A DNA stretch of 64,000 nt, taken from an uncultured Spirochaetota bacterium. GTDB taxonomy: Bacteria; Spirochaetota; Spirochaetia; SZUA-6; Fen-1364. The DNA is taken from contig CAVTHO010000005.1 in assembly GCA_963734545.1 (NCBI GenBank), positions 448,001-512,000 on the forward strand, written 5' to 3'. Below, piece by piece: positions 21,304-30,927 of the stretch; within the stretch, counting starts at the first letter, position 1; every line of letters begins with the position of its first letter. The translations under genes and the position numbers were made by a program. Below the pieces are notes generated by a model. It worked only from the letters and a program-made list of their open reading frames with translations, was not told the origin of the DNA and did no database searches.

Positions 21304-22811
21304 CCGGGAGCCCGCTGCCCCGCGCCGCCCCGCAGGCGCTCCGATCCCGGCGCCCGGCAGGCGGGGATCGCGAAGCCGATCCGCGTGATCGTCATCGACG
21401 ACGAGGAAGGCATGCGGGAAGGGATGCGGCGGGTGCTCGAGCGGCGGGGCTTTCTCGTGCGGACGGCGCAGGGACGGGGAGACCGCCCTGCGGCTGCTGG
21501 AGGAGGCCCCTCCGACGTCGCCCTGGTGGACCTGAAGATGCCCGGCATCGACGGCTTCAAGGTCACCGAGCACATCACGCGCCGCTTCGCGCGGGCGCAC
21601 CGTGGTGGTGATCGTCTCCGCCCTGGCCACCGTGGAGGCGGCCGTGGAGGTGACGCAGCACGGCGCGTTCGATTTCCTGGTCAAGCCGTTCACCCCCGAG
21701 GACCTCCTGCAGGTGGTCAACCGGGCCGTGCAGCAGTCGCGTCTTCTGCGGGAGCGCGAGAGGTACCTCTCCGAGCTGGCCGGCGAGCGCAACCTCTCCC
21801 ACCAGATGATCTCCTCGATGCACGAGGGGGTGGTCGTGCTCAACATCCGCCGCGAGCCGGTGCTGATGAACCCCCGCGCGGAGCACTTCCTGGGCAAACG
21901 CTTCCGGGACGGCATGACGCTGCCCGAGCTGTTTCCCGACCTCGATGCGGCCGCGGCCATCGAGGCAGTCATCGACTCGGCGCCCGCCCGGCCCGAGTGC
22001 AGGGTGGTGCAGCTCGCCACCGGGGACGGCAGGCTGCAGGTGAGCATCTCGCCGCTCCTGCGCGACGCGGAGGCCGGCGGCGCCATCGTCATCCTGTCCG
22101 ACATCACCGAGAGCTGGAAGGCGGAGCAGGACAAGAACCGCTTCGTCTCCATGGTGGCCCACGAGCTGAAGAGCCCCCTGTCCGCCATCATCAACTACAT
22201 CAACGTCATCCTCACCGGAATGTTCGACGACAACGCGCCGAAGGTCCACGAGATGCTGGAGCGCTGCAAGGTACGGGGGGAGGCCCTGCTGGACCTCGTG
22301 CGGGACCTGCTGTACATCAACAGCCGCGAGGTGGGCAAGGTGGAGCGCTCCCTGGAGAGCCTCGACCTGAAGGCGGTCATTGCCGCGCAGCTGGAGTTCT
22401 TCCACGTGCAGGCGGACAAGCGCAGGATCAGTCACGGCGTTCGAAGCGCCGCTGGCCGCGTACCCGGTCAAGGCGGACCGCGGTGACCTGGACAGGATCT
22501 TCATGAATCTCATCTCCAACGCGATCAAGTACAACCGGGACAAGGGACGCCTCACCGTCTGCATCAAGGACGCCGGCGCCGCGTGGGAGGTCGCTGTCAC
22601 CGACACGGGCATCGGGATGAGCGACGCGGAGAAAGCAAGTCTCTTCCAGGAGTTCTACCGGGTGAAAAGCCACAAGACATCTGGTATCGCGGGAACCGGT
22701 CTGGGCCTGGCCACGGTAAAGCGGGTCCTGGGCGAATACAATGGAAAAGTCCTCGTCCAGACAAAGCCGGACGCGGGTTCCACTTTCACCGTCGTCTTTC
22801 CCAAGGAGTGA
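21296..22811 (+). CDS. Hybrid REC-PAS-histidine kinase, several frameshifts
   Basis: VIVIDDEEGMR, LVDLKMPGIDG, FDFLVKPF, PAS-like SMHEGVVVLN, AHELKSPL, NLISNAIKYN, DTGIG, GTGLGL. Confidence 0.8.
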
Positions 22812-22813
22812 AG

Positions 22814-24063
22814 GTGGCTGACAAAACGCCGCCCGATACGGCTGCACCGGGCAGTCCGGGGCAGGGACCTCCGGCATCGCGGCTGTCTCCCTCATCGGGT
22901 TTCTGGGCATCTTCTCCACCACGATGTCGAAGAACCCCGTGCTGCCCCTGTTCGTAAAATCCCTGTCAGGGAACGACACAGTCATCGGCCTCATTGCGGC
23001 CATCTCGCCGCTGGCGGGCATCCTGTTCAGCTTTCCCGTCGGCATGCTCGCCGACCGTTGGGGAAAGAAGCGGCTGCTGCTGACAGCGGCATTCGTGTTC
23101 CTGCTTGCGCCGCTCCTGTACCTGCTCGTCTCGAATCCCTACTGGCTCATCCCTATCCGATTTTTTCACGGGATTGCCACGGCGATTCTCGGTCCCGTTG
23201 CCTCAGCCTTCATCGTGGGCGCGTACCCCGAGAGCAAAGGCGAAAAGCTGGGACTCTACTCCTCCGCCACGCTCATCGGCCGTACCCTCGCCCCGCTGCT
23301 CGGCGGCGCCATCATCAGCGCCTTCCTGTTCCTGGGCGGCAACCTGAGTTATCGCGCGGTCTACGCGGCGGCGTTCCTTCTCGGCATCCCGGTGCTCGTG
23401 CTCACCCTCACGCTGAAAGGCAGCGAACGCGAGGCGGTGAAGCAGCGACGTGAAAAGGCCGACGCTCGCCGATTTCGGGAGGAGCCTTGCCGATTTTGCG
23501 AGAAACAGACGGCTGTTCAGCACCTCGCTCGTGGAGATGGCAACCTACTTTGCATTCGGCTGTCTGGAGACCTATCTTCCCGTCCTCCTGTCCAGCCGGG
23601 GCGTGCCTGCCTACCAGATCGGACTGATCTTCTCCCTGCAGATTCTCGCCATCGCGCTGACAAAGCCCCTGTTCGGAAGGCTCGCGGACACGGTGGACCG
23701 AAGGATCCAGATCCTGTTCGGCATTGTCTTCCTGGCCGCTGTTCATCGCCGCCGCTCCCGCTCTTCAGGGGGACAATCGAGATCGCGGTCATCGGCGTCC
23801 TCTTCGGACTCGCCATGTCGGTGAGCACGGTCGCGACCAGCACCTACGTGGCCGACGTGGCGAAGCAGGAGAATCTCGGCGCCTCGCTCGGCGCGCTCAG
23901 CTCCATCATGGACATCGGCCATTCTTCCGGGCCGTTCGTTGCGGGTGTGGTCATCACGGCCACGACCATGGCGGGCGGCTTTCTCACCGCAGGGGTCGTC
24001 TGCGTCATTTCCGCCATACTGTTCGCCGCCTTCGCGCTCGGACGACAGGGGCAGCGCCCCTAA
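22814..24063 (+). CDS. MFS transporter, frameshifted
   Basis: GMLADRWGKKR and GRLADTVDRR loop motifs; about 12 TM helices when frames are joined. Confidence 0.85.
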
Positions 24064-24125
24064 GTTGGCACGCGCCCGCTCGAAGTGATAATATCCCTCC
24101 CCTTGTAGAGTCAGGGAGGTTCGTC

Positions 24126-24884
24126 GTGGCCGAGGAGCTGAGGAAGTTCACCGCTGAGCAGCTGAAGGAGTTCAACGGTGAGAACGGGAAGCCGATCTAC
24201 ATCGCCTACAGAGAGCGGGTGATCGACGTGACGGGAAGCAAGATGTGGCGCGGCGGCTCGCACATGAAGAGGCACACCGCCGGCGCCGACCTGACCGCGG
24301 AAATCGCGCAGGCGCCGCACGGCATCGATGTGCTGGATCGATATCCCCAGGTGGGGATACTCATGCGCGACGTGCAGGAGCAGGCGAAGACGGAAATGGT
24401 GCCGGGCGCCCTGCCGCCCGCGCTGGAGAGGTTTCTCGCGCGCCATCCGTTCTTTCAGCGCCATCCCCATCCGATGACGGTCCATTTTCCGATAGTCTTC
24501 ATGATGTTCGCGCCGCTCTTCACGCTCCTGTACTTCGTGACCGGTCTGCAGGGGTTCGAGTTCACCGCGGTGACCTGCCTGGCAGGGGGTCTTCTCTTCT
24601 GCCTCGTGGTGATTCCGACGGGCTTCTTCACCTGGTGGGTCAATTACATGGCGCGTCCCCTCCGGCCCGTCACGGTCAAGATCGTTGTGTCTCTCGCGAT
24701 GTTCCTGGATGGGCTGGGGGCGCTGATCTGGCGCCTCCTCGACTCGACCGTGGTGACCCATGTCACCGGCCTGAATCTTCTCTACGTGATCATGATTCTC
24801 CTCCTCCTGCCCATGATAGTGGTCGTCGCTTCCTATGGCGCGATCCTGACATTTCCGCTGCACAAGGGCGAAAAGAGTCAGTAG
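24126..24884 (+). CDS. Cytochrome b5-like heme/steroid-binding domain fused to a DUF2231-like membrane domain
   Basis: FTAEQLKEFNG, IDVTGSKMWRGGSH...HTAGADLT...APHG; HPMTVHFPI followed by 4 TM helices; GGGAGG RBS before GTG. Confidence 0.8.
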   Translation: MAEELRKFTAEQLKEFNGENGKPIYIAYRERVIDVTGSKMWRGGSHMKRHTAGADLTAEIAQAPHGIDVLDRYPQVGILMRDVQEQAKTEMVPGALPPALERFLARHPFFQRHPHPMTVHFPIVFMMFAPLFTLLYFVTGLQGFEFTAVTCLAGGLLFCLVVIPTGFFTWWVNYMARPLRPVTVKIVVSLAMFLDGLGALIWRLLDSTVVTHVTGLNLLYVIMILLLLPMIVVVASYGAILTFPLHKGEKSQ

Positions 24885-24903
24885 ATTGGTGACGGGATAC
24901 TCC

Positions 24904-26277
24904 ATGGGTGCTTTTCCCGAAACGGTGCTTCTCTCCCGGCTGCAATTCGGCATGACGACTCTCTACCACATGATCTGGCCCACTCTCTCCGTCGGCCTGA
25001 GCCTGGTGCTCGTCATCCTGGAGGTCGCGTGGCTCCGCACAAAAGACGTCGCGTACTATCGGCATCTTCGGTTCTGGAGCAGGCTTTTTCTTCTCAATTT
25101 CGCCATTGGAGTAGCGACAGGGCTCGTCATGGAGTTCCAGTTCGGGACGAACTGGGAGCGCTTCAGCGCGGCCACCGGAGGCTTCTTCGGCAACATCCTG
25201 GGACTCGAGGGGACCCTCGCTTTCATGCTCGAGGCGGGTTTCCTGGGAATCATGATGTTCGGCTGGGAAAAAGTGCCTCGCGGGCTGCACCTGCTCTCCA
25301 CGATCCTGGTGGCCTTCGGCGCTTCCCTGTCCGCTTTCTGGATCCTGGTGGCCAACTCGTGGATGCAGACGCCCGCGGGGGGCCACTTCGAGAATGGGCG
25401 CTTCGTGGTGGACGATTTTGCCGGCGCCCTCTTCAACTCAGACATGGTGAGCTCCACCATGCACATGTGGGCGGCATGTATCGAGACCACCGCATTCGTC
25501 GTGGGCGGGATCAGCGCCGCGTACATCCTGAGAAAAAGGGAAGCTGAGTTCTTCATCAAGACGCTCAAGCTCGCCGTTGTGATGGCGATTGTGGTGACGC
25601 CGTTGCAGATCTTTCTCGGCGATGCGCAGGGCATACACATCGGCCGCACGCAGCCGGAGAAGCTCGCCGCGGTGGAGTCCCATTGGGAGACGAATCCGCC
25701 GGGAGTTTCGGCCTCGTTCAACATCCTGGCCTGGCCGGACAGGAGCGGGGAGCGCAACCTCGTGGAGATAAAGGTCCCGTATCTTCTCAGCCTGCTGGAG
25801 ACACGGTCCCTCACGGGCCAGGTGAGAGGCTTGAGAGAGTTCCCCCCGGAGAATCGCCCGCCCATCGTGGTCCCGTTCTATTCATTTCGAATCATGGTGC
25901 TGATCGGGTTCATCCTTTTCGCCGTGATGATCTGGACAGTCGTGGTCTGGCTGCGGGGAGGGCTCGCGGCCGGGAACGTCCGATCGCATCCCTGGCTCCT
26001 GAGGGCCTGGACGTGGTCACTGCCGCTGGGCTACGTCGCGGTGGAAACGGGGTGGCTCACCCGGGAGATCGGAAGGCAGCCCTGGATCATCTATCACGTG
26101 CTGCGCACCGAGGACGCCGCGAGCAGCCTCCCCTCCTGGGCGGTGATCGTTTCCTTTTTCGGACTGCTTGCCGTATACGCGCTGCTGAGCGTTTTCTTCC
26201 TCATCTACGTGAGGCGGCTGCTCCGAAAGGGGCCTGACCTTTCCCTCCTGCCTTCCTCCTTCCCGAAGGGCGCGTGA
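24904..26277 (+). CDS. cydA: Cytochrome bd ubiquinol oxidase subunit I
   Basis: RLQF...H, GVATGLVMEFQFGTNW, ANSWMQTP, QPEKLAAVE, GWLTREIGRQPW. Confidence 0.96.
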   Translation: MGAFPETVLLSRLQFGMTTLYHMIWPTLSVGLSLVLVILEVAWLRTKDVAYYRHLRFWSRLFLLNFAIGVATGLVMEFQFGTNWERFSAATGGFFGNILGLEGTLAFMLEAGFLGIMMFGWEKVPRGLHLLSTILVAFGASLSAFWILVANSWMQTPAGGHFENGRFVVDDFAGALFNSDMVSSTMHMWAACIETTAFVVGGISAAYILRKREAEFFIKTLKLAVVMAIVVTPLQIFLGDAQGIHIGRTQPEKLAAVESHWETNPPGVSASFNILAWPDRSGERNLVEIKVPYLLSLLETRSLTGQVRGLREFPPENRPPIVVPFYSFRIMVLIGFILFAVMIWTVVVWLRGGLAAGNVRSHPWLLRAWTWSLPLGYVAVETGWLTREIGRQPWIIYHVLRTEDAASSLPSWAVIVSFFGLLAVYALLSVFFLIYVRRLLRKGPDLSLLPSSFPKGA

Positions 26278-26278
26278 A

Positions 26279-27286
26279 ATGGAGCAGGCGTATCTTCCGG
26301 CAATCTGGTTCGCGATCCTCGGATTCATCCTCGTGCTGTACACGATGCTGGACGGCTTCGATCTTGGTGTCGGCATCATCTCGATCTTCATGAGGGACGA
26401 GCACAGCCGCGGCATTCTCATGGGCAGTCTCGGCAGCATCTGGGACGCCAACGAGACATGGCTCGTTCTTTTCGGCGGGATCATATTCGGCGCGTTTCCC
26501 ACGGTCTACGGCATGGTCATGTCGGCGCTCTACCTGCCGCTCGTCCTCATGCTCCTGGGGCTGATATTCCGTGCGGTTTCATTCGAGTTCCGCGCACACG
26601 CCACACGCAAGAGGCCGTGGAGCCTCGCGTTCGGCTGGGGGAGCCTTGCCGCGGCTGCAAGCCAGGGCCTCGCCTTCGGCGGCCTGCTCTGGGGCATCGA
26701 GATCACGGACGGCAGATATCTCGGCGGGGTGATGGACTGGCTGTCGCCTTTCTCCTGTCTCACGGCGATAGCGGTGCTGGGGGGCTACGTCATGTTCGGC
26801 TCCACCTTCCTCATCATGAAGACCAGCGGCGCCATTGCCGCATTTGCCCGGCGCAGCGCGATTGCGGGCGCGGCGGTTGCCGCCGCGTGCGCCATTGCCG
26901 ACACGCTGCTCGCCGTGTCGAAATACCCGTCGCTCAGGGACAAGTGGCTCGTATTCCCGGGATTTCTCCTGACCGTTGTGCCGTTCGCCCTCGGAGTGGC
27001 CGCATTCCTTGCCATGCTCCGTGCAATAGCGACCAGGCGCGAGCGGCTTCCCTTTTTCTGCGCGCTTGCATTCGCTTTTTTCGGCTATGTCGCTCTTTCG
27101 GTGAACTATTTCCCGATCATCGTGCCGCCGTCTGTCACCGTGTACGAAGCTGCGGCGCAGCCCCTGACGCTGCGTGCCATGCTTGTTGCCGTGGGCATCG
27201 CGCTGCCCATCCTGCTTGCCTACAATTTCTTCCAGTACTGGGTGTTCCGGGGCAAGACCACGAAGAGCGGATACGAGGAAGAATAG
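26279..27286 (+). CDS. cydB: Cytochrome bd ubiquinol oxidase subunit II
   Basis: LDGFDLGVG, WDANETWLV, RAVSFEFR, YWVFRGK. Confidence 0.95.
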   Translation: MEQAYLPAIWFAILGFILVLYTMLDGFDLGVGIISIFMRDEHSRGILMGSLGSIWDANETWLVLFGGIIFGAFPTVYGMVMSALYLPLVLMLLGLIFRAVSFEFRAHATRKRPWSLAFGWGSLAAAASQGLAFGGLLWGIEITDGRYLGGVMDWLSPFSCLTAIAVLGGYVMFGSTFLIMKTSGAIAAFARRSAIAGAAVAAACAIADTLLAVSKYPSLRDKWLVFPGFLLTVVPFALGVAAFLAMLRAIATRRERLPFFCALAFAFFGYVALSVNYFPIIVPPSVTVYEAAAQPLTLRAMLVAVGIALPILLAYNFFQYWVFRGKTTKSGYEEE

Positions 27287-27322
27287 AATACTGCGCGCGC
27301 TGCCGCGTAGGAACGGTACAGG

Positions 27323-28249
27323 CTACCGGGCAAGGACCAGCCGCAGGATCGGGAACAAGTCGCTCCACTGCGCGCCCCCTTCCAGGGCAATCCGCGCGGC
27401 TTGCGGAGCAGCGGCAAGCGCCACCAGGGCCGCGATCTCCGCAATTTCTATTGACGCGCCCAGGACATCCCCCGTGCATCCCCCGATCCTGTTCCACGAA
27501 ATCCTCCAGAAGACAGCCAGCACGAGAAACGCGGCCAGGATGGGAATGGGAAGCAGAATTGCCGAGGCCGCAGCCACGCACACGGCAAGCCCGATCAGTC
27601 CGGGCGACAGCGACGGACGCGCGGGAAGGATGCCCGTCCCGGTTCTGACATAAGGGAGCATTCTCATCGCAAGGACTGCCGCCGTGCGGGAGAACATGGA
27701 AATCACGGGGAGCCCGGCAAGGATGAAGAGACCAGGAAGCGAGCTCAGGGCCGCATAGCGGGCCAGGAGAGAGAGGCCGATGGCTGCCCCACCCATGGTG
27801 CCGATCCGCGGGTCCTTAAGTATGCGCAGGGTCACTGTCCGGGATCTCTTCCCGTAGAAGGCGTCGGCGCAGTCTGCCAGCCCGTCCAGGTGGAGTGCTC
27901 CGGTGAGGAGCAAAGAGGCAGCGATCAGGACCACGGCCGACAGGGAAGCGGAAAAGATCAGCGCCGCCGCGAGGTAGGTGAATGAGAGAAGCGCCCCGAT
28001 CAGGAGACCCGCGGCGGGGTATGCGGCGAACATCCCGCCTTCCCGCCTGCTCTGCAGCGATTCCGGTATGGGGATGATGGTGAGAAATGCGAGCGCTGAA
28101 AAAAGGCGGGGCAGAATCCGCCGTGTATGTCGGCGCAGAATCCGTCGGGTACGGCGTACTCGCCGAACGGGTACGGCCTTCGGGCCGAGCGGGTACTCCC
28201 GCACTCCCGTACGGCGGGGCAGAATCCGTCGTGTGCGTCGGCGCATCAT
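27323..28249 (-). CDS. cobS: Adenosylcobinamide-GDP ribazoletransferase (cobalamin synthase) with a repeat-derived N-terminal extension
   Basis: [42 protein letters not shown]. Confidence 0.93.
   Translation of the reverse strand: MMRRRTRRILPRRTGVREYPLGPKAVPVRRVRRTRRILRRHTRRILPRLFSALAFLTIIPIPESLQSRREGGMFAAYPAAGLLIGALLSFTYLAAALIFSASLSAVVLIAASLLLTGALHLDGLADCADAFYGKRSRTVTLRILKDPRIGTMGGAAIGLSLLARYAALSSLPGLFILAGLPVISMFSRTAAVLAMRMLPYVRTGTGILPARPSLSPGLIGLAVCVAAASAILLPIPILAAFLVLAVFWRISWNRIGGCTGDVLGASIEIAEIAALVALAAAPQAARIALEGGAQWSDLFPILRLVLAR
28153..28212. repeat. Two nested 30-nt two-hairpin elements inside the cobS 5' region
   Basis: GGCGTACTCGCCGAACGGGTAC[GGCCTTCGGGCCGAGCGGGTACTCCCGCAC]TCCCGTAC; homologous to 58988-59017. 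Confidence 0.85.
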
Positions 28250-29300
28250 CCTGCGCTCACGCCCGCCTCAGCGAACGTGGCCATCTCCCTGATCACCTTC
28301 GCGCCCGCCTCGATGATGGGCATTGCCAGAGCGCACCCCGTCCCTTCTCCCAGGCGCATGCCGAGGTCGAGGATCGGGTCGAGACCCATGCGGGCGAGCA
28401 TGGCGGCCTGTGCCTGCTCCACCGACCGGTGAGCCGCGAAGATGTATCCCGTGAGCCTCGGTTCGATCAGCCAGGCGATCATGGCGCCTGCCGCGGAGAT
28501 TACCCCGTCGATGACGACGGGAATTCGACTTTCGGCAGCGCCCAGCACGAGGCCCGCGATCCCGCCTATCTCGAAACCGCCGACCTTGGAGAGGATGTCA
28601 ACCGGATCATTCGGATCAGGATGGTTCGTTGCGATGCTCTCCACGATGACCTGGATCTTGTGCGCGAGTCCGGCGTCGTCGATTCCGGTTCCTCGCCCCG
28701 TGAGCGCGGCCACGGGAAGACCTGTGGCCAGCGCGGCGATTGCGGTGGAGGGAGTGGTGTTGCCTATGCCCATGTCGCCGGTGCCCAGCATGCGGACGCC
28801 CTCCGCCGCAAGGCTGCGCGCGATGCCTGCTCCGCGTGCGATGCACTGCAGCGCCTGCTCCCTGGTCATTGCAGGCCCCGGCGCATGTTGGCCGTCCCCG
28901 GCGCGAGCTTTGCGTCGATCAGCGCGCCTGCGGCGACGAGGTCGGAAAGATCGGCGCGGCAGCCCATGTCGACGATCCGCACTTCGATGCCCGCATGCCG
29001 ACCCAGCACGTTGATGCCGGCTATACCGGCAGCGAAGCCGCGCACCATCTGGCCCGTGACCTCGGAAGGGTAGGCGCTCACTCCCTCCGCGGTGACTCCG
29101 TGATCTCCCGCCATGACGACAATCATCTTCCGCCCGAGATCCATGGAATCAAAACCAGTGATCCCCGCGACCTTTTCACCCAGCGTCAGGAGCCCACCGA
29201 GAGCGCGCCGGGGCATCAGGAGGTTGTCGGCGCGCGCCGCCGCTCTCGCCCTGCTCTCCGCGTCGATGTCCGCGATCCGGACGTCTGCAGTCTCACCCAT
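28246..29300 (-). CDS. cobT: Nicotinate-nucleotide-DMB phosphoribosyltransferase, frameshift in a G-run near 28876
   Basis: [52 protein letters not shown]. Confidence 0.93.
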
Positions 29301-29855
29301 TCATGCCCGTCCTTCCTGCGGCTTTATGCGGATCGGTATGCCCGCGACCATGGAATAGACCTCGTCGGCCTCGCGCGCAATCACCTGGTTGGCCCTTCCG
29401 GCACAGTCGCGGAACCGACGCGAGAGAGCGTTGTCCGGCACGATGCCGGAGCCCACCTCATTTGTCACCACGATAACCGCGCCGTTGGCGCCGCCTGCGG
29501 ATTCAGCGGCGCGCACCCCGGAGACCAGCACGCCGGCATGGACGGCGGCCGATCCCTCGTCGAAGCTGTCGTCCCCCAGGAGCATGTTGGCCATCCAGAC
29601 CGTTACGCAGTCCACGATGACCGTGCGCGCGCTCCGCAGCGCGTCGGCCAGCGCGTCCGGCACGTGAATGGGCTCTTCCCGCAATTCCCACCCCGCCGGC
29701 CGGTCCCGCTGGTGCGCGGCGATGCGCCGCGCCATCTCGTCGTCCAACGGCTGCGCGGTTGCCAGGAAGATCCGCGGCCCTTCGAATCGCCGTGCCAGCT
29801 CCAGGGCGAATCCCGACTTGCCGCTCCTGCTCCCCCCTGTGACAAGAATCAGCAC
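29301..29855 (-). CDS. cobU: Bifunctional adenosylcobinamide kinase/guanylyltransferase
   Basis: LVTGGSRSGKS, ATAQPLDDEM..RIAAH, DCVTVW, VTNEVGSGIVP, FRD..GRANQ. Confidence 0.94.
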   Translation of the reverse strand: MLILVTGGSRSGKSGFALELARRFEGPRIFLATAQPLDDEMARRIAAHQRDRPAGWELREEPIHVPDALADALRSARTVIVDCVTVWMANMLLGDDSFDEGSAAVHAGVLVSGVRAAESAGGANGAVIVVTNEVGSGIVPDNALSRRFRDCAGRANQVIAREADEVYSMVAGIPIRIKPQEGRA

Positions 29856-29877
29856 TTCGGATTCCTTTCGACGCCGC

Positions 29878-30823
29878 TCAGGGAAAAAGCTCCGGATACG
29901 CCTTCTGCGCCAGCCATTCGACTGCCGAGGCAACGTACTGCGACGTGGTGCTCTTGAGCTTTTCAGGCATCATGAATACCCTGCCGTTCCTCACAGCAGC
30001 GAGACCGCGAAACGCCGGATCCCGGGTGAGCTGGGAAAGGAACGCGGACGCCCCGTCGGGATCTCCGTACACCCAGCCGGGAAGAACGAGGATGTCGGGG
30101 TCGATCTGGAGGATCTTCTCTTTCGAAAGGGGGACCTGTCCCCATTGGTCCGGCGCGAGCCCCGCCACGGCGTTCACGAGTCCCGCGCGCCTGATGATCT
30201 CGTCCCACGAGCTGCCCCCGCCCTGCGCGGAACCCCACGTGGCGTAGTCCATCACCCGTGCGCGTCTTTCCGGTGGCGAGCCGGGACACCCTCTCTGACA
30301 CGACCCGAAGCTGCTCCTCCATCCGCGCAATGATCCGCCGCCCCTTCTCCTGCGCACCCGTCATCATCGCCAGTTTCTCGATCTTCTCTTCGATGGAAGA
30401 AACCGAGACCCCGCTGGCCATCAGGTAGACCGCCACGCCGGCGTCCCTCATCTGTCTCACGGGGGCCGGGTCGCTCCAGTTGGCCACAAGGACGAGGTCG
30501 GGCCTGAGCGAAATGATGGTCTCCACGTTCTGGGTGAGCCTGTGGGGGATGTCGGCCGCCAGGTCTGCCACGTTCGAGATCTGGCTGTCCGCGGCGAACG
30601 TGGTGACGGCGATGAGGCGCGACGTGTCCACGAGGGAGAGCAGGATTTCGTCGGTTGCCAGTGTCTGGGAAACGATCCGGACCGGCGGCGCGGCGAGGAC
30701 AACGGTGTTTCCCGCGTCGTCGACGACCGTGAGCGGATAGCGCGTTTGTTGAAGCGGCGCGGCAGGGAGCACCGCGATGACGAGGATGCCGAGGGCGATG
30801 GGATAGATCAGGCGGGCTCTCAT
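29878..30823 (-). CDS. btuF: ABC substrate-binding protein, BtuF-like (cobalamin), frameshift near 30275
   Basis: Signal peptide; YPLTVVDDAG, PVRIVS, ETIISLRPDLV, EKILQIDPD, AVRNGRV; heads the cobUTS operon. Confidence 0.75.
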
Positions 30824-30849
30824 TGCGGCGATCTCTGGGCGTTCACAGG

Positions 30850-30913
30850 GGTATATCGGATTTTTGCCGGCGGGTCAATTCATCTTGACCCCCGGGCCGC
30901 CGGGACGTACTTT
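30850..30913. promoter_or_regulatory. Back-to-back sigma70 promoters for btuF-cobUTS and metE
   Basis: Plus strand TTGACC(30885)-17-TACTTT(30908); minus strand TTGACC(30878)-17-TATACC(30855); the -35 boxes form the inverted repeat GGGTCAA-N6-TTGACCC. Confidence 0.6.
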
Positions 30914-30927
30914 CAAGGCACCACACT

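Noticed and set aside
28860-28885. TGA in cobT as selenocysteine or programmed recoding
   Set aside because: Adding one G to the GGGG run restores GPAMTRE, so this is a frameshift and not an in-frame stop.
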